Positions 19,417-29,431 of a DNA stretch of 62,159 bases are shown in pieces (the stretch's first letter is position 1; the number at the start of each line of letters is the position of its first letter). The notes beneath the pieces were generated by a model. That model did no database searches. It was not told the DNA's origin and worked only from the letters and a program-made list of their open reading frames with translations. This stretch comes from Patescibacteria group bacterium (lineage in GTDB: Bacteria > Patescibacteriota > Minisyncoccia > Minisyncoccales > DG-74-3), in NCBI GenBank assembly GCA_018813025.1, contig JAHJCL010000037.1, forward strand, positions 1-62,159. Reading direction: 5' to 3'. Position numbers and translations under genes: made by a program.

Positions 19417-19824
19417 ATGATAGCAAAAAAACAGAAAATAAAAAACTCTTCCCGTATTGATTTTTCTTTTATTTTTTTTATTATTTTGATTCTGGGTTCT
19501 TTAGCCTTTTTAATAATTTCTAATATTAGGATTACCCAAAAGAGGTCATTAATGATTGACGAAATTAAGGCATTAGAGGAGCAGATCCAAAAATTACAGG
19601 AAAGTAAAACTAATTTAGAAAGTAATATTTCTAAAGCGGATCAAGATACTTATTGGGAAGAGAAAGCCAGAGAACAAGGTTTTGTCAAAGACGGAGAGAA
19701 TCCAGTGGTTGTCTTACCACCCACAGATTCAAATGGAGAAGATAACCAAAAAAACAATCAAGGTTTTTTTCAAAGTCTGTTAGAAGATATTAATAATTTT
19801 TTTACGAAAGTAATTCAGCGGTAG
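19417..19824 (+). CDS. septum-formation-initiator-like (FtsB/DivIC-type) membrane coiled-coil protein
   Basis: 135 aa. One N-terminal TM helix, then a coiled coil (IDEIKALEEQIQKLQESKTNLE) and EEKAREQGFVKDGE. Confidence 0.5.
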   Translation: MIAKKQKIKNSSRIDFSFIFFIILILGSLAFLIISNIRITQKRSLMIDEIKALEEQIQKLQESKTNLESNISKADQDTYWEEKAREQGFVKDGENPVVVLPPTDSNGEDNQKNNQGFFQSLLEDINNFFTKVIQR

Positions 19825-19849
19825 AATAGCCCCTTACTTTTATTTTTTC

Positions 19850-19920
19850 GCGGGTATAGTTTAGTGGTAAAATATGTCCTTCCCAAGGATAGGTCACGGG
19901 TTCGACTCCCGTTACCCGCT
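19850..19920 (+). tRNA. tRNA-Gly (anticodon CCC)
   Basis: Hand-folded cloverleaf. Acceptor GCGGGTA/TACCCGC, anticodon loop TTCCCAA, T-loop GGTTCGACTCC. No encoded CCA. Confidence 0.85.
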
Positions 19921-20011
19921 CAAAGGTTACATAAAATCTCTGCTAAACGGAGTTCTTGGTTGTAAAACAGACTTTTTATGATAAAATTGAGTCAAAAGAA
20001 AATTATTTTTT

Positions 20012-20084
20012 GCCGGGGTAGCTCAACTGGCAGAGCGACAGTGTCGTAAACTGTAGGTTGGAGGTTCGATTCCTCTCCTCGGCT
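20012..20084 (+). tRNA. tRNA-Thr (anticodon CGT)
   Basis: Acceptor GCCGGGG/CCTCGGC, anticodon stem ACAGT/ACTGT with loop GTCGTAA, T-loop GGTTCGATTCC. Confidence 0.85.
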
Positions 20085-20107
20085 CAAGAGCTTCTAAAAA
20101 TTATTTT

Positions 20108-21197
20108 ATGAAAATTATTCAAGAGACAATCGAAGATTTACAAAATAGAATCCTCTTTTTAGGGGACTGTCTTTGAGTTAGATAAGAAAAGACAAAAAGA
20201 AAAAGAATTAGAACTAAAAGTCCAAGAAATTGATTTTTGGCAGAACAAAGAATCGGCAACACAGATTAGTTACGAATTAAGCCAGATTAAAGAGGAAATA
20301 GTCGATTTTGATAAACTGAAAAATGATTTAGACGATTTAATTGTTTTATCTGAAGAGTTAAAAGAAGAGGAATTGGAAAAAGAAATAGACAGGTTAGGAA
20401 AGAAATTGAATGAAAAAGAAATCCAAGTTTTCCTTTCAGGAAAATACGATAAAAAAAATGCACTTTTATCAATTTTTGCCGGAGTGGGTGGTCGCGATGC
20501 TCAAGATTGGACAACTATGCTTTTAAGAATGTATGAAAAATATTGTCAAAGAAATGGCTATAAGATTAAAATACTTGATCAATCATACGGTGAAGCTGGA
20601 GGTCCGGAAGGGAGAATCGGTTTAAAATCAGTAACTATGGAGATACAAGGAAAATTCGCTTACGGTTTTTTAAGAAAAGAAACAGGAGTTCATCGATTAG
20701 TAAGGATTTCTCCATTTTCTTCGCAAAGCCTGCGTCATACCTCATTTGCTTTAGTGGAGGTCTTGCCGGATATTTCCAATAAAGATGTTCCTGAAATTGA
20801 GATTAAGCCGGATGAGATTAAAGTAGACACTTATCGGTCTTCCGGACCTGGTGGACAGAATGTTAATGAAAGAGAAACAGCTATCAGAATCACCCATTTA
20901 CCAACCGGAATTGTAGTCAGTTGTCAGTCAGAAAGAATACAATTTGCGAATAGACAAAAAGTAATGAAAGTTTTAATTGCTAAATTATATCAATTAGAAC
21001 AAGTGAAAAAAAACAAAGAATTAAAACAGGTAAAAGGAGAGAAAATTGACGCCAGTTGGGGTAATCAGATTCGTTCTTACGTCCTCCATCCTTATCAAAT
21101 GGTTAAAGATTTAAGAACTAATGTTGAAACTTCTAACACTAATGGCGTTTTAGACGGAGAATTAGATGAATTTATTAAAGCTGAAATTAAACATTAA
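20108..21197 (+). CDS. prfB: peptide chain release factor 2, requires a programmed +1 frameshift at 20171..20176
   Basis: Frame 0 runs ATG 20108 ... CTT TGA (20171..20176). The +1 frame from 20175 runs into the track ORF 20373..21197. SPF (RISPFSSQ) and GGQ (SGPGGQNVN) motifs are present. A G-rich AGGGGA lies upstream of CTT TGA. Confidence 0.9.
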
Positions 21198-21200
21198 ATC

Positions 21201-21881
21201 GTGATAAAGTTCGAAAATATTACTAAAATTTATTCTCCGGAGGCGATTGCTTTAAAGGATGTTTCTTTTGAAATAGAAAAAAAAGAATTTATTTCAATCG
21301 TCGGAAAATCAGGGGCTGGTAAAACAACCCTTTTAAAATTATTTTTAGCCAGTGAGAAGCCGACACAAGGCAGGATTCTTTTTAATAATCAGGACATTTG
21401 TGATATTACACCGGAAGATATTTGTCAGCACAGAAAAAAGATTGGGGCAGTATTCCAGGATTATAAGTTGTTAGATTCAAAAACCGCTTACGAAAACGTT
21501 GTCTATATTATGGAAGTGTTGGGCAAAAGCGACGAAGAGATTTTAAGAGATGTTCCTAAGGTTTTAGATATTGTCGGTTTAACCGAGAGATCGCATCATT
21601 ATCCGAATGAACTTTCTGCCGGAGAGCGTCAAAGAACAGCCATTGCCCGCGCTTTAATTCATCGGCCGGAAGTAATTTTAGCCGATGAGCCAACTGGCAA
21701 CTTAGATCCCTATAATGCTTCTGATATTATTCATTTGTTATTGAAAATTAATGAAATGGGTACTACTATTATTTTAGCTACCCACAATAAAGAAATCGTT
21801 AATTCTTTAGGTAAAAGAGTAGTTACGTTAGACCAAGGAAAATTGGTCAGAGATGAAAAAAAAGGACGTTTTATTCTTTAA
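21201..21881 (+). CDS. ftsE: cell-division ABC transporter ATPase FtsE
   Basis: GKSGAGKTT, LSAGERQR and ILADEPTGNLD. GTG start. Followed by ftsX. Confidence 0.85.
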   Translation: MIKFENITKIYSPEAIALKDVSFEIEKKEFISIVGKSGAGKTTLLKLFLASEKPTQGRILFNNQDICDITPEDICQHRKKIGAVFQDYKLLDSKTAYENVVYIMEVLGKSDEEILRDVPKVLDIVGLTERSHHYPNELSAGERQRTAIARALIHRPEVILADEPTGNLDPYNASDIIHLLLKINEMGTTIILATHNKEIVNSLGKRVVTLDQGKLVRDEKKGRFIL

Positions 21882-21887
21882 TAAATT

Positions 21888-22796
21888 ATGATTACTTCTC
21901 TAAAAAGAATATTTAAATTAGGATGGAAAAGTTTATCTTATGATTGGGGAGTGACAGCCACAACTATTTTTGTTTTAGTTTTGACTGTTTCTTTAATAAC
22001 CTCGATTTTTCTTTTAAAAGGCGTGAGTCAGTTTCTAATTCAGAAAATAGAAGAAAAAATTGATATTTCAGTCTATTTCAAAGATGATATTGTTGAAAAC
22101 AAAATTATGGAAGTGAGGGATGAATTATTGGATATTTCCGATGCTGAGAATATTCAATACATTTCCAAAGACCAAGCTTTGCAAGATTTTACTGAAAGGC
22201 ATGAGCAAGAAGAAGTTTTAATGCAATCTTTGGCAGAGGTAGGAGTTAATCCTTTTTTGGCTTCTATCAATATCAAAGCAACTGACCCAACTGAATACGG
22301 ACAAATAGCTCAATTTTTGGAAACAGGAGATTTTGGTGATTCAATCCAGAAAGTTGATTATTACGAGAAAAAGCCGGTAATAGAAAGAATTTTTAATTTG
22401 GCTGATTCTTTCAAACGGGTTGGAATTGGTTTGTCTATTTTGTTGGTCTTTTTCTCATTTTTAGTTGTTTTAAACACTACCAGATTGGCAATTTATAATC
22501 TTAGAGAAGAAATTCAGGTTCAAAGATTGGTTGGTGCTTCCAATTGGTTTATCAGGGGACCGTTTTTAGTTCAAGGTATGATTGCCGGTGCTGTTTCCGC
22601 TCTTATTGCTTTTGTTATTTTTATCTCAGGATGTTGGCTTTTAAGCCCCAATGTCAGCAATTTATTTTCTGATTTAAATGTTTGGGAATACTTTACTGGT
22701 AATCTTTTAAGTATTATTTTAATTCAATTGGGAGCTGGTATATTTTTAGGTCTTATTTCCAGCTTTATTGCGATTAGAAAACATTTGAAAGTTTAA
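21888..22796 (+). CDS. ftsX: cell-division permease-like protein FtsX
   Basis: 302 aa. TM1, an extracytoplasmic domain and 3 C-terminal TM helices, placed directly after ftsE. Confidence 0.8.
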   Translation: MITSLKRIFKLGWKSLSYDWGVTATTIFVLVLTVSLITSIFLLKGVSQFLIQKIEEKIDISVYFKDDIVENKIMEVRDELLDISDAENIQYISKDQALQDFTERHEQEEVLMQSLAEVGVNPFLASINIKATDPTEYGQIAQFLETGDFGDSIQKVDYYEKKPVIERIFNLADSFKRVGIGLSILLVFFSFLVVLNTTRLAIYNLREEIQVQRLVGASNWFIRGPFLVQGMIAGAVSALIAFVIFISGCWLLSPNVSNLFSDLNVWEYFTGNLLSIILIQLGAGIFLGLISSFIAIRKHLKV

Positions 22797-22811
22797 TCTA
22801 ACGCTAACCAT

Positions 22812-22882
22812 TGCGGGATCGTCTAATGGTAGGACACATCCCTCTGAAGGATGTTATCTTGGTTCGAGTCCAGGTCCCGCAA
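22812..22882 (+). tRNA. tRNA-Gln (anticodon CTG)
   Basis: Acceptor TGCGGGA/TCCCGCA (a U1:A72 pair, as in tRNA-Gln), anticodon stem CATCC/GGATG with loop CTCTGAA, T-loop TTCGAGT. Confidence 0.8.
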
Positions 22883-22992
22883 CTAATATAATTTTTACTG
22901 GTTCTTTCCGTAAAAATAGATATATTGTGTTGTTTGGATTCGAACGCAGAGCCGCGTTAAAATACAGGTATAATTAATAAGAACTTATTTAC

Positions 22993-24138
22993 ATGGCGCA
23001 AATAAAAAAAATAGGGGATCAAACGAAACCGGAATATATTATTGAAGTTTATGATAATAAAATAGGTATGGAAGGTTTTTTAGTAATTGATAATACGGTT
23101 TTAGGTCCCGGCAAGGGTGGAATAAGAATGACCTCCGATGTCACCGTAGAAGAAGTGGCTCGATTGGCTAAAATAATGACATGGAAAAACGCTTTAGCTG
23201 GCATTCCTTTTGGCGGAGCTAAGGCCGGCATTAAATGGAAAGGAGGGTCAAATAATCTTAAAAAACAATTTATACAGAGTTTTGCCCGTGCCATAAAACC
23301 ATTTCTTCTTAAAAAATATATTGCCGCTCCGGATATTAATACCGGAGAAAAAGAAATGCAATGGTTTGTTGAGGCGACTGGTATGTTTAGATCTGCTACT
23401 GGAAAACCAGCCAATATTTGTATGGAATATAAAAAATGTAAAAAGTGTGGCATTCCTCACGAATTTGGGAGTACTGGCTTTGGCGTTGTCCAGGCCGCTA
23501 AAGTAGCCGCAAAAATAATCGGTCTGGATATAAAAAATGCTACAGTTTCTATTCATGGTTTCGGGAATGTTGGAACTTTCGCTTATAAGTTTTTAACCGA
23601 GATGGGAGCAAAAGTTGTGGCTTTGGCCGATAAGAATACTTCTATTTATTTAAAAGATTCTCTTGAAGAAGAAATTATTAAAAAATTAATCAAGAATAAG
23701 AAAGATTTAAGTCATTATTCCGGTAAAGCCAAAAAGATTAAACCGGAAGATTTTTGGAAAATTCCGGTAGATATTATGATTCCGGCTTCTGTGACGGATG
23801 TTATTAATGATAATAATAAGAAATACATAAAGGCAAAGATAATTGTTGAAGCAGCCAATATTCCCATGGAAGAGCGTGTTGAAGATGAGCTTTTAAGTAA
23901 AGGTATATTAATAGTGCCTGACTGTATAGCTAACGCAGGAGGAGTTATTTCTTCTTACTCTGAACATTGTGGTCATAATATAAAAAAGATGTTTAATACA
24001 GTAGAAAAAAAAATAAAAAAGACAACTGAAATCGTTTTGCAAGAAAGTTTAAGAAAAAAAAGAAATCCTCGCCATATAGCCATGGAAATTGCTAAAAAGA
24101 AAATCCAAACTAATGCGAATAAAAAAAGTCGCGTGTAG
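22993..24138 (+). CDS. gdh: Glu/Leu/Phe/Val-family amino-acid dehydrogenase (glutamate dehydrogenase-like)
   Basis: GPGKGGIRM, GGAKAGI, and the Rossmann motif HGFGNVG. 381 aa. Confidence 0.8.
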   Translation: MAQIKKIGDQTKPEYIIEVYDNKIGMEGFLVIDNTVLGPGKGGIRMTSDVTVEEVARLAKIMTWKNALAGIPFGGAKAGIKWKGGSNNLKKQFIQSFARAIKPFLLKKYIAAPDINTGEKEMQWFVEATGMFRSATGKPANICMEYKKCKKCGIPHEFGSTGFGVVQAAKVAAKIIGLDIKNATVSIHGFGNVGTFAYKFLTEMGAKVVALADKNTSIYLKDSLEEEIIKKLIKNKKDLSHYSGKAKKIKPEDFWKIPVDIMIPASVTDVINDNNKKYIKAKIIVEAANIPMEERVEDELLSKGILIVPDCIANAGGVISSYSEHCGHNIKKMFNTVEKKIKKTTEIVLQESLRKKRNPRHIAMEIAKKKIQTNANKKSRV

Positions 24139-24158
24139 AAAATGACGTCGAAGATACT

Positions 24159-24407
24159 ATGAAATTTTATATTTATATCGTTGAATGCGCAGATCAATCA
24201 TTATATGTCGGATGTACTAATGATTTATTGAAACGGCTCAAACAACACAATGAATCGAAAGGGGGAGCGCATTATACTAAAATTCGTAGGCCGGTAATAT
24301 TAAGATATTCGGAAGAATTTAAAATATTAAAAGAGGCGCGTGGACGCGAGACAGAAATTAAAGGCTGGCGTCGAGAAAAAAAGTTATATTTAATTAATTC
24401 AAAATAG
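24159..24407 (+). CDS. free-standing GIY-YIG nuclease-domain protein
   Basis: FYIYIVECADQSLYVGCTNDLLKRLKQHN ... RETEIKGW, the GIY-x10-YVG, Arg and Glu pattern. 82 aa. Confidence 0.8.
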   Translation: MKFYIYIVECADQSLYVGCTNDLLKRLKQHNESKGGAHYTKIRRPVILRYSEEFKILKEARGRETEIKGWRREKKLYLINSK

Positions 24408-24478
24408 TCAGTAGGGCGAATATACGAGGGCGGGTCCAAGTTCCTCAACACTAAATATTACTAGACTAGATCTAACTA

Positions 24479-24506
24479 TTGACGGGGGAATTGGGTTTGC
24501 TATACT
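24479..24506 (+). promoter_or_regulatory. promoter (TTGACG-16 nt-TATACT) of the Rrf2/Fe-S operon
   Basis: TTGACG at 24479..24484 and TATACT at 24501..24506, read directly. Confidence 0.45.
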
Positions 24507-24531
24507 AAAACCGACAATATTAGTCGGTTTT
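24507..24531 (+). promoter_or_regulatory. perfect 9-bp inverted repeat (AAAACCGAC-n7-GTCGGTTTT), candidate Rrf2 operator
   Basis: The repeat lies between the -10 element and the ATG at 24533 of the Rrf2 gene. Confidence 0.4.
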
Positions 24532-24532
24532 T

Positions 24533-24937
24533 ATGATTAAAATATCTACCAAATCTCAATATGGGCTTAGGGCAATGGTTTATTTAGCTAAATTTCCAAA
24601 ACAAATATCTTCCATAAAAACAATTTCTAAAAGTGAAGATATTCCTTTTGATTATTTGGAAAAGATAATTTCAAAATTGGAAAAATCAAGTTTGATTAAA
24701 TCTAAAAAAGGAGTTCAAGGCGGATATTTTCTAGCCAAAAACCCATCAAAAATTAGGATAGGGGAGATTGTCAGAGTGTTGGAAGGAGATATTGTTCTGG
24801 TAAAATGTATTTCCGGTCAAAAAGGATGTAAATGCACAAGAGAAAGAGAATGCCTTACCAAAAGCTTTTGGAAGAAAATCCAGGATTCTTTGAATTCGGC
24901 TTTGGATTCGCTTACTTTAGAGGATTTGATTAAATAA
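24533..24937 (+). CDS. Rrf2-family (IscR-like) transcriptional regulator
   Basis: STKSQYGLRAMVYLA N-terminal wHTH signature. Cys cluster CISGQKGCKCTRERECL. Confidence 0.85.
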   Translation: MIKISTKSQYGLRAMVYLAKFPKQISSIKTISKSEDIPFDYLEKIISKLEKSSLIKSKKGVQGGYFLAKNPSKIRIGEIVRVLEGDIVLVKCISGQKGCKCTRERECLTKSFWKKIQDSLNSALDSLTLEDLIK

Positions 24938-24946
24938 CAAAATATT

Positions 24947-26113
24947 ATGTCTAAAAATATATATTTAGATTATGCTTCAACCACACCAGTTGATCCTCGC
25001 GTGGTCAAGGCAATGCTTCCTTTCTTTTCTAAAAAATTCGGTAATACTATGTCTTTGCATAGCTTCGGCCAAGAAGCTCAACAAGTTTTAGAAGAAAGCA
25101 GAATAGTAGTTGCTGATTTAATGAAAGCCGAGCCAAACGAAATTGTTTTTACCGGTTCAGCTACGGAAAGCAATAATCTGGCTTTAAAAGGAATTGCTTT
25201 TGCTAATAAATCTAAAGGAAAACATATTATTATTTCTTCCATTGAACATGACTGTATAATAGAAAGTTCTAAGTGGTTGGAGAAACAGGGGTTTGAAATA
25301 ACCAAACTTCCGGTTGACCAATATGGTCTTATTAATCCGGAAGACATTAAAAAATCTATAAAAAAAGAAACAATTTTAGTTTCAATAATTCACGGTTCAA
25401 ATGAAATAGGAACAATTCAACCAATTGAACAAATCGGAAAAATCTGTAGAGAAAAGGGAGTCTGTTTTCATACAGATGCTTCTCAAAGTTTTGGGAAGAT
25501 TCCTATTGATGTTAAGAAAATGAATATTGATTTATTATCTGCCTCTTCTCATAAAATGTATGGACCTAAGGGAATAGCTTGTTTGTTTGTAAAAGAAGGA
25601 ACGAAAATAGAGCCGATTTTACACGGTGGCGGACAGGAATTAAGATTAAGATCTTCCACCATTAATGTCAGCGGTATTGTTGGTTTTGCTCAAGCTTGTC
25701 GGATTTGCCAAAAAGAAATACAGAAAGAAGGTAAAAAAATGATTAAATTAAGAGATAAATTAATAAGCGTAGTTTTAAAGAAAATACCCAATTCTTATTT
25801 AAACGGTCATCCTAAAAAAAGATTACCCAATAACGCCAATTTCCGATTTGATTTTATAGAAGGGGAGTCAATAGTTATACAACTTGATTTATTGGGAATT
25901 GCTGTTTCAACCGGTTCGGCCTGTTCTTCAGCCAAACTGGAGCCAAGTCATGTGCTTTTGGCAACAGGTTTAAAACACGAACAAGCCCATGGTTCTTTAA
26001 GGGTGAGTTTGGGAAGATGGACAACTAAAAAAGATATTAATTATTTTCTAAAGGTTTTGCCTCTGATTATTAAAAAATTAAGGAAAATTTCTCCTTTTAA
26101 AAAAAATGACTAA
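24947..26113 (+). CDS. iscS: cysteine desulfurase (NifS/IscS type)
   Basis: IYLDYASTTP, SSHKMYGPKGIA (PLP lysine), GSACSS (active-site Cys loop). Confidence 0.9.
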   Translation: MSKNIYLDYASTTPVDPRVVKAMLPFFSKKFGNTMSLHSFGQEAQQVLEESRIVVADLMKAEPNEIVFTGSATESNNLALKGIAFANKSKGKHIIISSIEHDCIIESSKWLEKQGFEITKLPVDQYGLINPEDIKKSIKKETILVSIIHGSNEIGTIQPIEQIGKICREKGVCFHTDASQSFGKIPIDVKKMNIDLLSASSHKMYGPKGIACLFVKEGTKIEPILHGGGQELRLRSSTINVSGIVGFAQACRICQKEIQKEGKKMIKLRDKLISVVLKKIPNSYLNGHPKKRLPNNANFRFDFIEGESIVIQLDLLGIAVSTGSACSSAKLEPSHVLLATGLKHEQAHGSLRVSLGRWTTKKDINYFLKVLPLIIKKLRKISPFKKND

Positions 26114-26531
26114 AATTATTTCTAAGGCGGGTTCTTATAATCAAAAAGTGGTTAAATGTTTTAAAAATCCTAAAAATTACGGGCAAATAAAAAATCCTGA
26201 CGGTGTCGGTGAGGTTGGCAATCCGGTTTGCGGGGATGTAATGAAACTTTATATTAAGGTTGCTAAAAATAAAAAAGGGGAGGAGATTGTTAAAGATATT
26301 AAATTTGAAACTTTTGGTTGTGTTGCCGCAATCGCCACCAGCAGTATTCTTACTCAGATAGCCAAAGGTAAAACCCTAAAAGAGGCATTAAAAATTGATA
26401 ATAAAAAAATTATTAAATCATTGGGCGGACTTCCTCCGATTAAAGTTCATTGTTCTGTCTTAGCAGCTAACGCTTTAAAGAAAGCAATCGGAGATTATTA
26501 TTCTCGTAATGATTCTAAAAAAAATGAATAA
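26106..26531 (+). CDS. iscU: U-type Fe-S cluster scaffold (IscU/NifU N-terminal type)
   Basis: GNPVCGDVMKLYI, FGCVAAIATSS and HCSVLA, the three conserved Cys ligands. Confidence 0.9.
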   Translation: MTKIISKAGSYNQKVVKCFKNPKNYGQIKNPDGVGEVGNPVCGDVMKLYIKVAKNKKGEEIVKDIKFETFGCVAAIATSSILTQIAKGKTLKEALKIDNKKIIKSLGGLPPIKVHCSVLAANALKKAIGDYYSRNDSKKNE

Positions 26532-27156
26532 TTCAAATGTTTCAAAAGATTGTTGCGAACCAAAATCTTCCAAGCCGGAAAAAGCAGGACTTTTGACCGG
26601 AATTTTGTATGGAATTTTACCTCACACTTTTTGTATTGCTTTTATTATTTTTTCAATCATTGGAGCAACAACAGCCAGTTTGTTTTTCAAGAAAATATTG
26701 CTTATTCCCTACTTATTTAATCTTTTAATAGGAATGTCTTTAGTTTTTGCCACCATTTCCGCTGTAATTTATTTAAAAAGGAATAATTTTTTATCTTTGG
26801 TCGGGATGAAGAAAAAATGGAGATATCTCCTAGTCCTTTACACTCTAACCATTTCTGTTAATTGGTTGTTTTTCAATTTCATATTTCCAGCAACCGCCAA
26901 TTTTAATCAAAATAAACAAGGTGTTGTTAGCAATATAGAGACATCCTCAATAACGATTAAAGTTGCTATTCCTTGCCCCGGACATGCGCCGCTTATCAGT
27001 GATGAATTAAAAAAAGTAGAAGGAGTTTTAAGTATTAGATTTAATACTCCAGACTTATTTAATATTAGTTATAATACCAATCAGCCAGTCGCAGATAAAA
27101 TTCTTACCTTAGATGTATTCAACACTTACAAAGCGTCAATTATAACTAATTGGTAG
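26509..27156 (+). CDS. membrane protein with N-terminal CC motif and C-terminal degenerate HMA-like domain
   Basis: KDCCEPKS, 4 predicted TM helices (one with HTFC), and a C-terminal beta-alpha-beta-like [31 protein letters not shown]. Overlaps iscU and abuts copA. The ATG at 26524 is an alternative start. Confidence 0.45.
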   Translation: MILKKMNNSNVSKDCCEPKSSKPEKAGLLTGILYGILPHTFCIAFIIFSIIGATTASLFFKKILLIPYLFNLLIGMSLVFATISAVIYLKRNNFLSLVGMKKKWRYLLVLYTLTISVNWLFFNFIFPATANFNQNKQGVVSNIETSSITIKVAIPCPGHAPLISDELKKVEGVLSIRFNTPDLFNISYNTNQPVADKILTLDVFNTYKASIITNW

Positions 27157-27158
27157 TT

Positions 27159-29393
27159 ATGTTTAAAAAAACAACAATAAAAATTTTGGGAATGGACTGC
27201 GCTTCATGCGCGGCTATTATTGAAAATGCTCTTCAAAAAGAGGAAGGGATTAAATCCGCCAATGTTAATTTTGCTACCAAAAAACTTTATTTGGAATTTG
27301 ACTCTATTAAGATAAGTATTACCAGAATTAAAAAAATCATTGAAGGATTGGGGTATAAAACAACGGAAGAAACAGTTGAGGAAGAAATGCATGACCATCA
27401 TAAAAAAGCAAAGACACAAGAAGTCAGTAAATTAAAACAACGGTTTATTTTTGCTTTAATTTTTAGCCTTCCTATTATTTATATGGTGATGGGCGAAATG
27501 ATTGGATTGTCAATGCCAACAATCTTTGAAAATTATGGGACTATTATCCAGCTTGTTTTTGCGACGACAGTTATCGCTTCTTGTTTTAATATCTGGACAT
27601 CTGGCTTTAAAAAATTATTACACTTGTCTCCAAATATGGATACTCTAATTTTTATTGGAACAGCAGTTGCTTATTTTTATAGTTTAACCATCTCAGTTTT
27701 GATGTTTTCGGGAACAAAAATCGAAGCGCATCTTTATTATGAGAGTGCGGCTTTGATTTTAGTTTTCATTTCTTTGGGTAAATATCTGGAAGCGATGACT
27801 AAAGGAAAAACAAGTGAAGCTATTAAAAAATTGATTGGTCTCCAACCAAAAGAAGCCACTATTGTCAAAGACGGCGAAATGATAAAAATTCCCATTACTG
27901 AAGTAAAAGTAGGGAATATTATTTTAGTTAAGCCCGGCGAGAAAATTCCAGTAGACGGAATTGTCATTGACGGCTATTCCGGAGTTGATGAAAAAGCGAT
28001 TACCGGAGAAAGCATTCCAGTGGAAAAGAAAAAAGGCGATGAAGTAATCGGCGCGACCATTAACAAAACAGGCGTTTTAAAATTTAAAGCAACCCGAGTC
28101 GGTAAAGACACGATGTTGGCTCAGATTATAAAAATAGTTGAGGAAGCAATGGGTTCTAAAGCGCCAATTCAACTTTTGGCTGATAAAGTTTCTTTTTATT
28201 TTGTTCCGTCCGTAATTGGTATTGCTATTTTGTCTTTTGCTATTTGGCTTTTATTGGGCCAACCCCTTACTTTTGCTTTATCAGTTTTTGTCGCTGTTTT
28301 AATTATCGCCTGCCCTTGTGCTTTAGGTCTGGCAACACCAACCGCTGTGATGATGGGTACTGGTTTAGCGGCCCAAAATGGCATTTTAATTAAAAGCGGT
28401 AAGGCTTTGGAAATTGCCAGAGATGTAAATATCGTTATCTTTGACAAGACTGGGACATTAACTCGAGGCGAGCCAAGCGTTACTGATATCATTCAAGTTA
28501 AAAATAAAATTAGTGAAAAATCTATTTTGCAAATCTCCGCGTCGGTGGAAAAAAATTCTGAACACCCTTTAGCCCAAGCAATTATTAATAAGGCGAAAGA
28601 GGAAAAAGTTAATTTATCAGAAGTAAAAAATTTTCAAGCCATACCCGGTTACGGCGTTTCAGCTGACTTGGAAAATAAAAAAATACTTTTCGGGACAAGA
28701 AAACTGATGGATGATAATAAAATTGATCCGAACTCTATAGAAGAAAAAATGATTACCTTAGAAAATCAAGGTAAAACAGCAATAATTTTAGCACAAGATA
28801 AGGATATTATTGGCATTATTGCGGTGGCTGACACTCTTAAAGATTATTCAAAAGAAGCAGTTGAGATGCTTCATAGAATGGGGAAAAAGGTTGCGATAAT
28901 CACAGGAGATAATAAAAGAGTTGGACAAGCCATTGCCCAACAGGTTGGTATAGACAGAGTCTTGGCCGAGGTATTGCCACAAGAAAAATCAGCTGAGATT
29001 AAAAAATTACAAAGTGAAGGAAATGTCGTGGCGATGGTGGGCGATGGTATTAATGATGCGCCAGCTTTGGCTCAATCTGATTTAGGTATTGCTTTGGGTT
29101 CTGGTACGGATGTGGCAATGGAAACCGGGGAAATAGTTTTAATTAAAGACGATTTAAGAGATTTGATAACGGCAATTGATTTAAGTAAATATACTTTAAA
29201 AAAAATCAAACAAAATCTTTTCTGGGCTTTCTTTTATAATATTATAGGTATTCCTGTGGCCGCCGGAATTTTATATCCATTTACTGGTTGGCTTTTAAGT
29301 CCGACGATTGCCGCAGCTGCTATGGCTTTTTCTTCAATAAGTGTCATTTCAAATTCTCTTTTAATGAAAAGATATAAATCTACTAAAATTTGA
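27159..29393 (+). CDS. copA: copper-translocating P1B-type ATPase
   Basis: N-terminal HMA (GMDCASCA), TM CPC motif ([12 protein letters not shown]), [15 protein letters not shown]. The ATG at 27159 is preferred over the track's TTG at 27150. Confidence 0.9.
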   Translation: MFKKTTIKILGMDCASCAAIIENALQKEEGIKSANVNFATKKLYLEFDSIKISITRIKKIIEGLGYKTTEETVEEEMHDHHKKAKTQEVSKLKQRFIFALIFSLPIIYMVMGEMIGLSMPTIFENYGTIIQLVFATTVIASCFNIWTSGFKKLLHLSPNMDTLIFIGTAVAYFYSLTISVLMFSGTKIEAHLYYESAALILVFISLGKYLEAMTKGKTSEAIKKLIGLQPKEATIVKDGEMIKIPITEVKVGNIILVKPGEKIPVDGIVIDGYSGVDEKAITGESIPVEKKKGDEVIGATINKTGVLKFKATRVGKDTMLAQIIKIVEEAMGSKAPIQLLADKVSFYFVPSVIGIAILSFAIWLLLGQPLTFALSVFVAVLIIACPCALGLATPTAVMMGTGLAAQNGILIKSGKALEIARDVNIVIFDKTGTLTRGEPSVTDIIQVKNKISEKSILQISASVEKNSEHPLAQAIINKAKEEKVNLSEVKNFQAIPGYGVSADLENKKILFGTRKLMDDNKIDPNSIEEKMITLENQGKTAIILAQDKDIIGIIAVADTLKDYSKEAVEMLHRMGKKVAIITGDNKRVGQAIAQQVGIDRVLAEVLPQEKSAEIKKLQSEGNVVAMVGDGINDAPALAQSDLGIALGSGTDVAMETGEIVLIKDDLRDLITAIDLSKYTLKKIKQNLFWAFFYNIIGIPVAAGILYPFTGWLLSPTIAAAAMAFSSISVISNSLLMKRYKSTKI

Positions 29394-29431
29394 ACCTTTC
29401 GGCAAAGGCGATTTTTTGTTAGGATAAAACA

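Noticed and set aside
22920-22960. ggattcgaacgcagagccgcg, which looks like a tRNA T-arm/acceptor fragment.
   Set aside because: No complementary T-stem, anticodon arm or acceptor stem can be folded on either strand. It is probably a chance match or a very degraded remnant.
29395-29424. Possible terminator after copA (ccttt-cggc-aaagg followed by cgatttttt).
   Set aside because: The stem is only 5 bp with a spacer before the T-tract, which is too weak to call with confidence.
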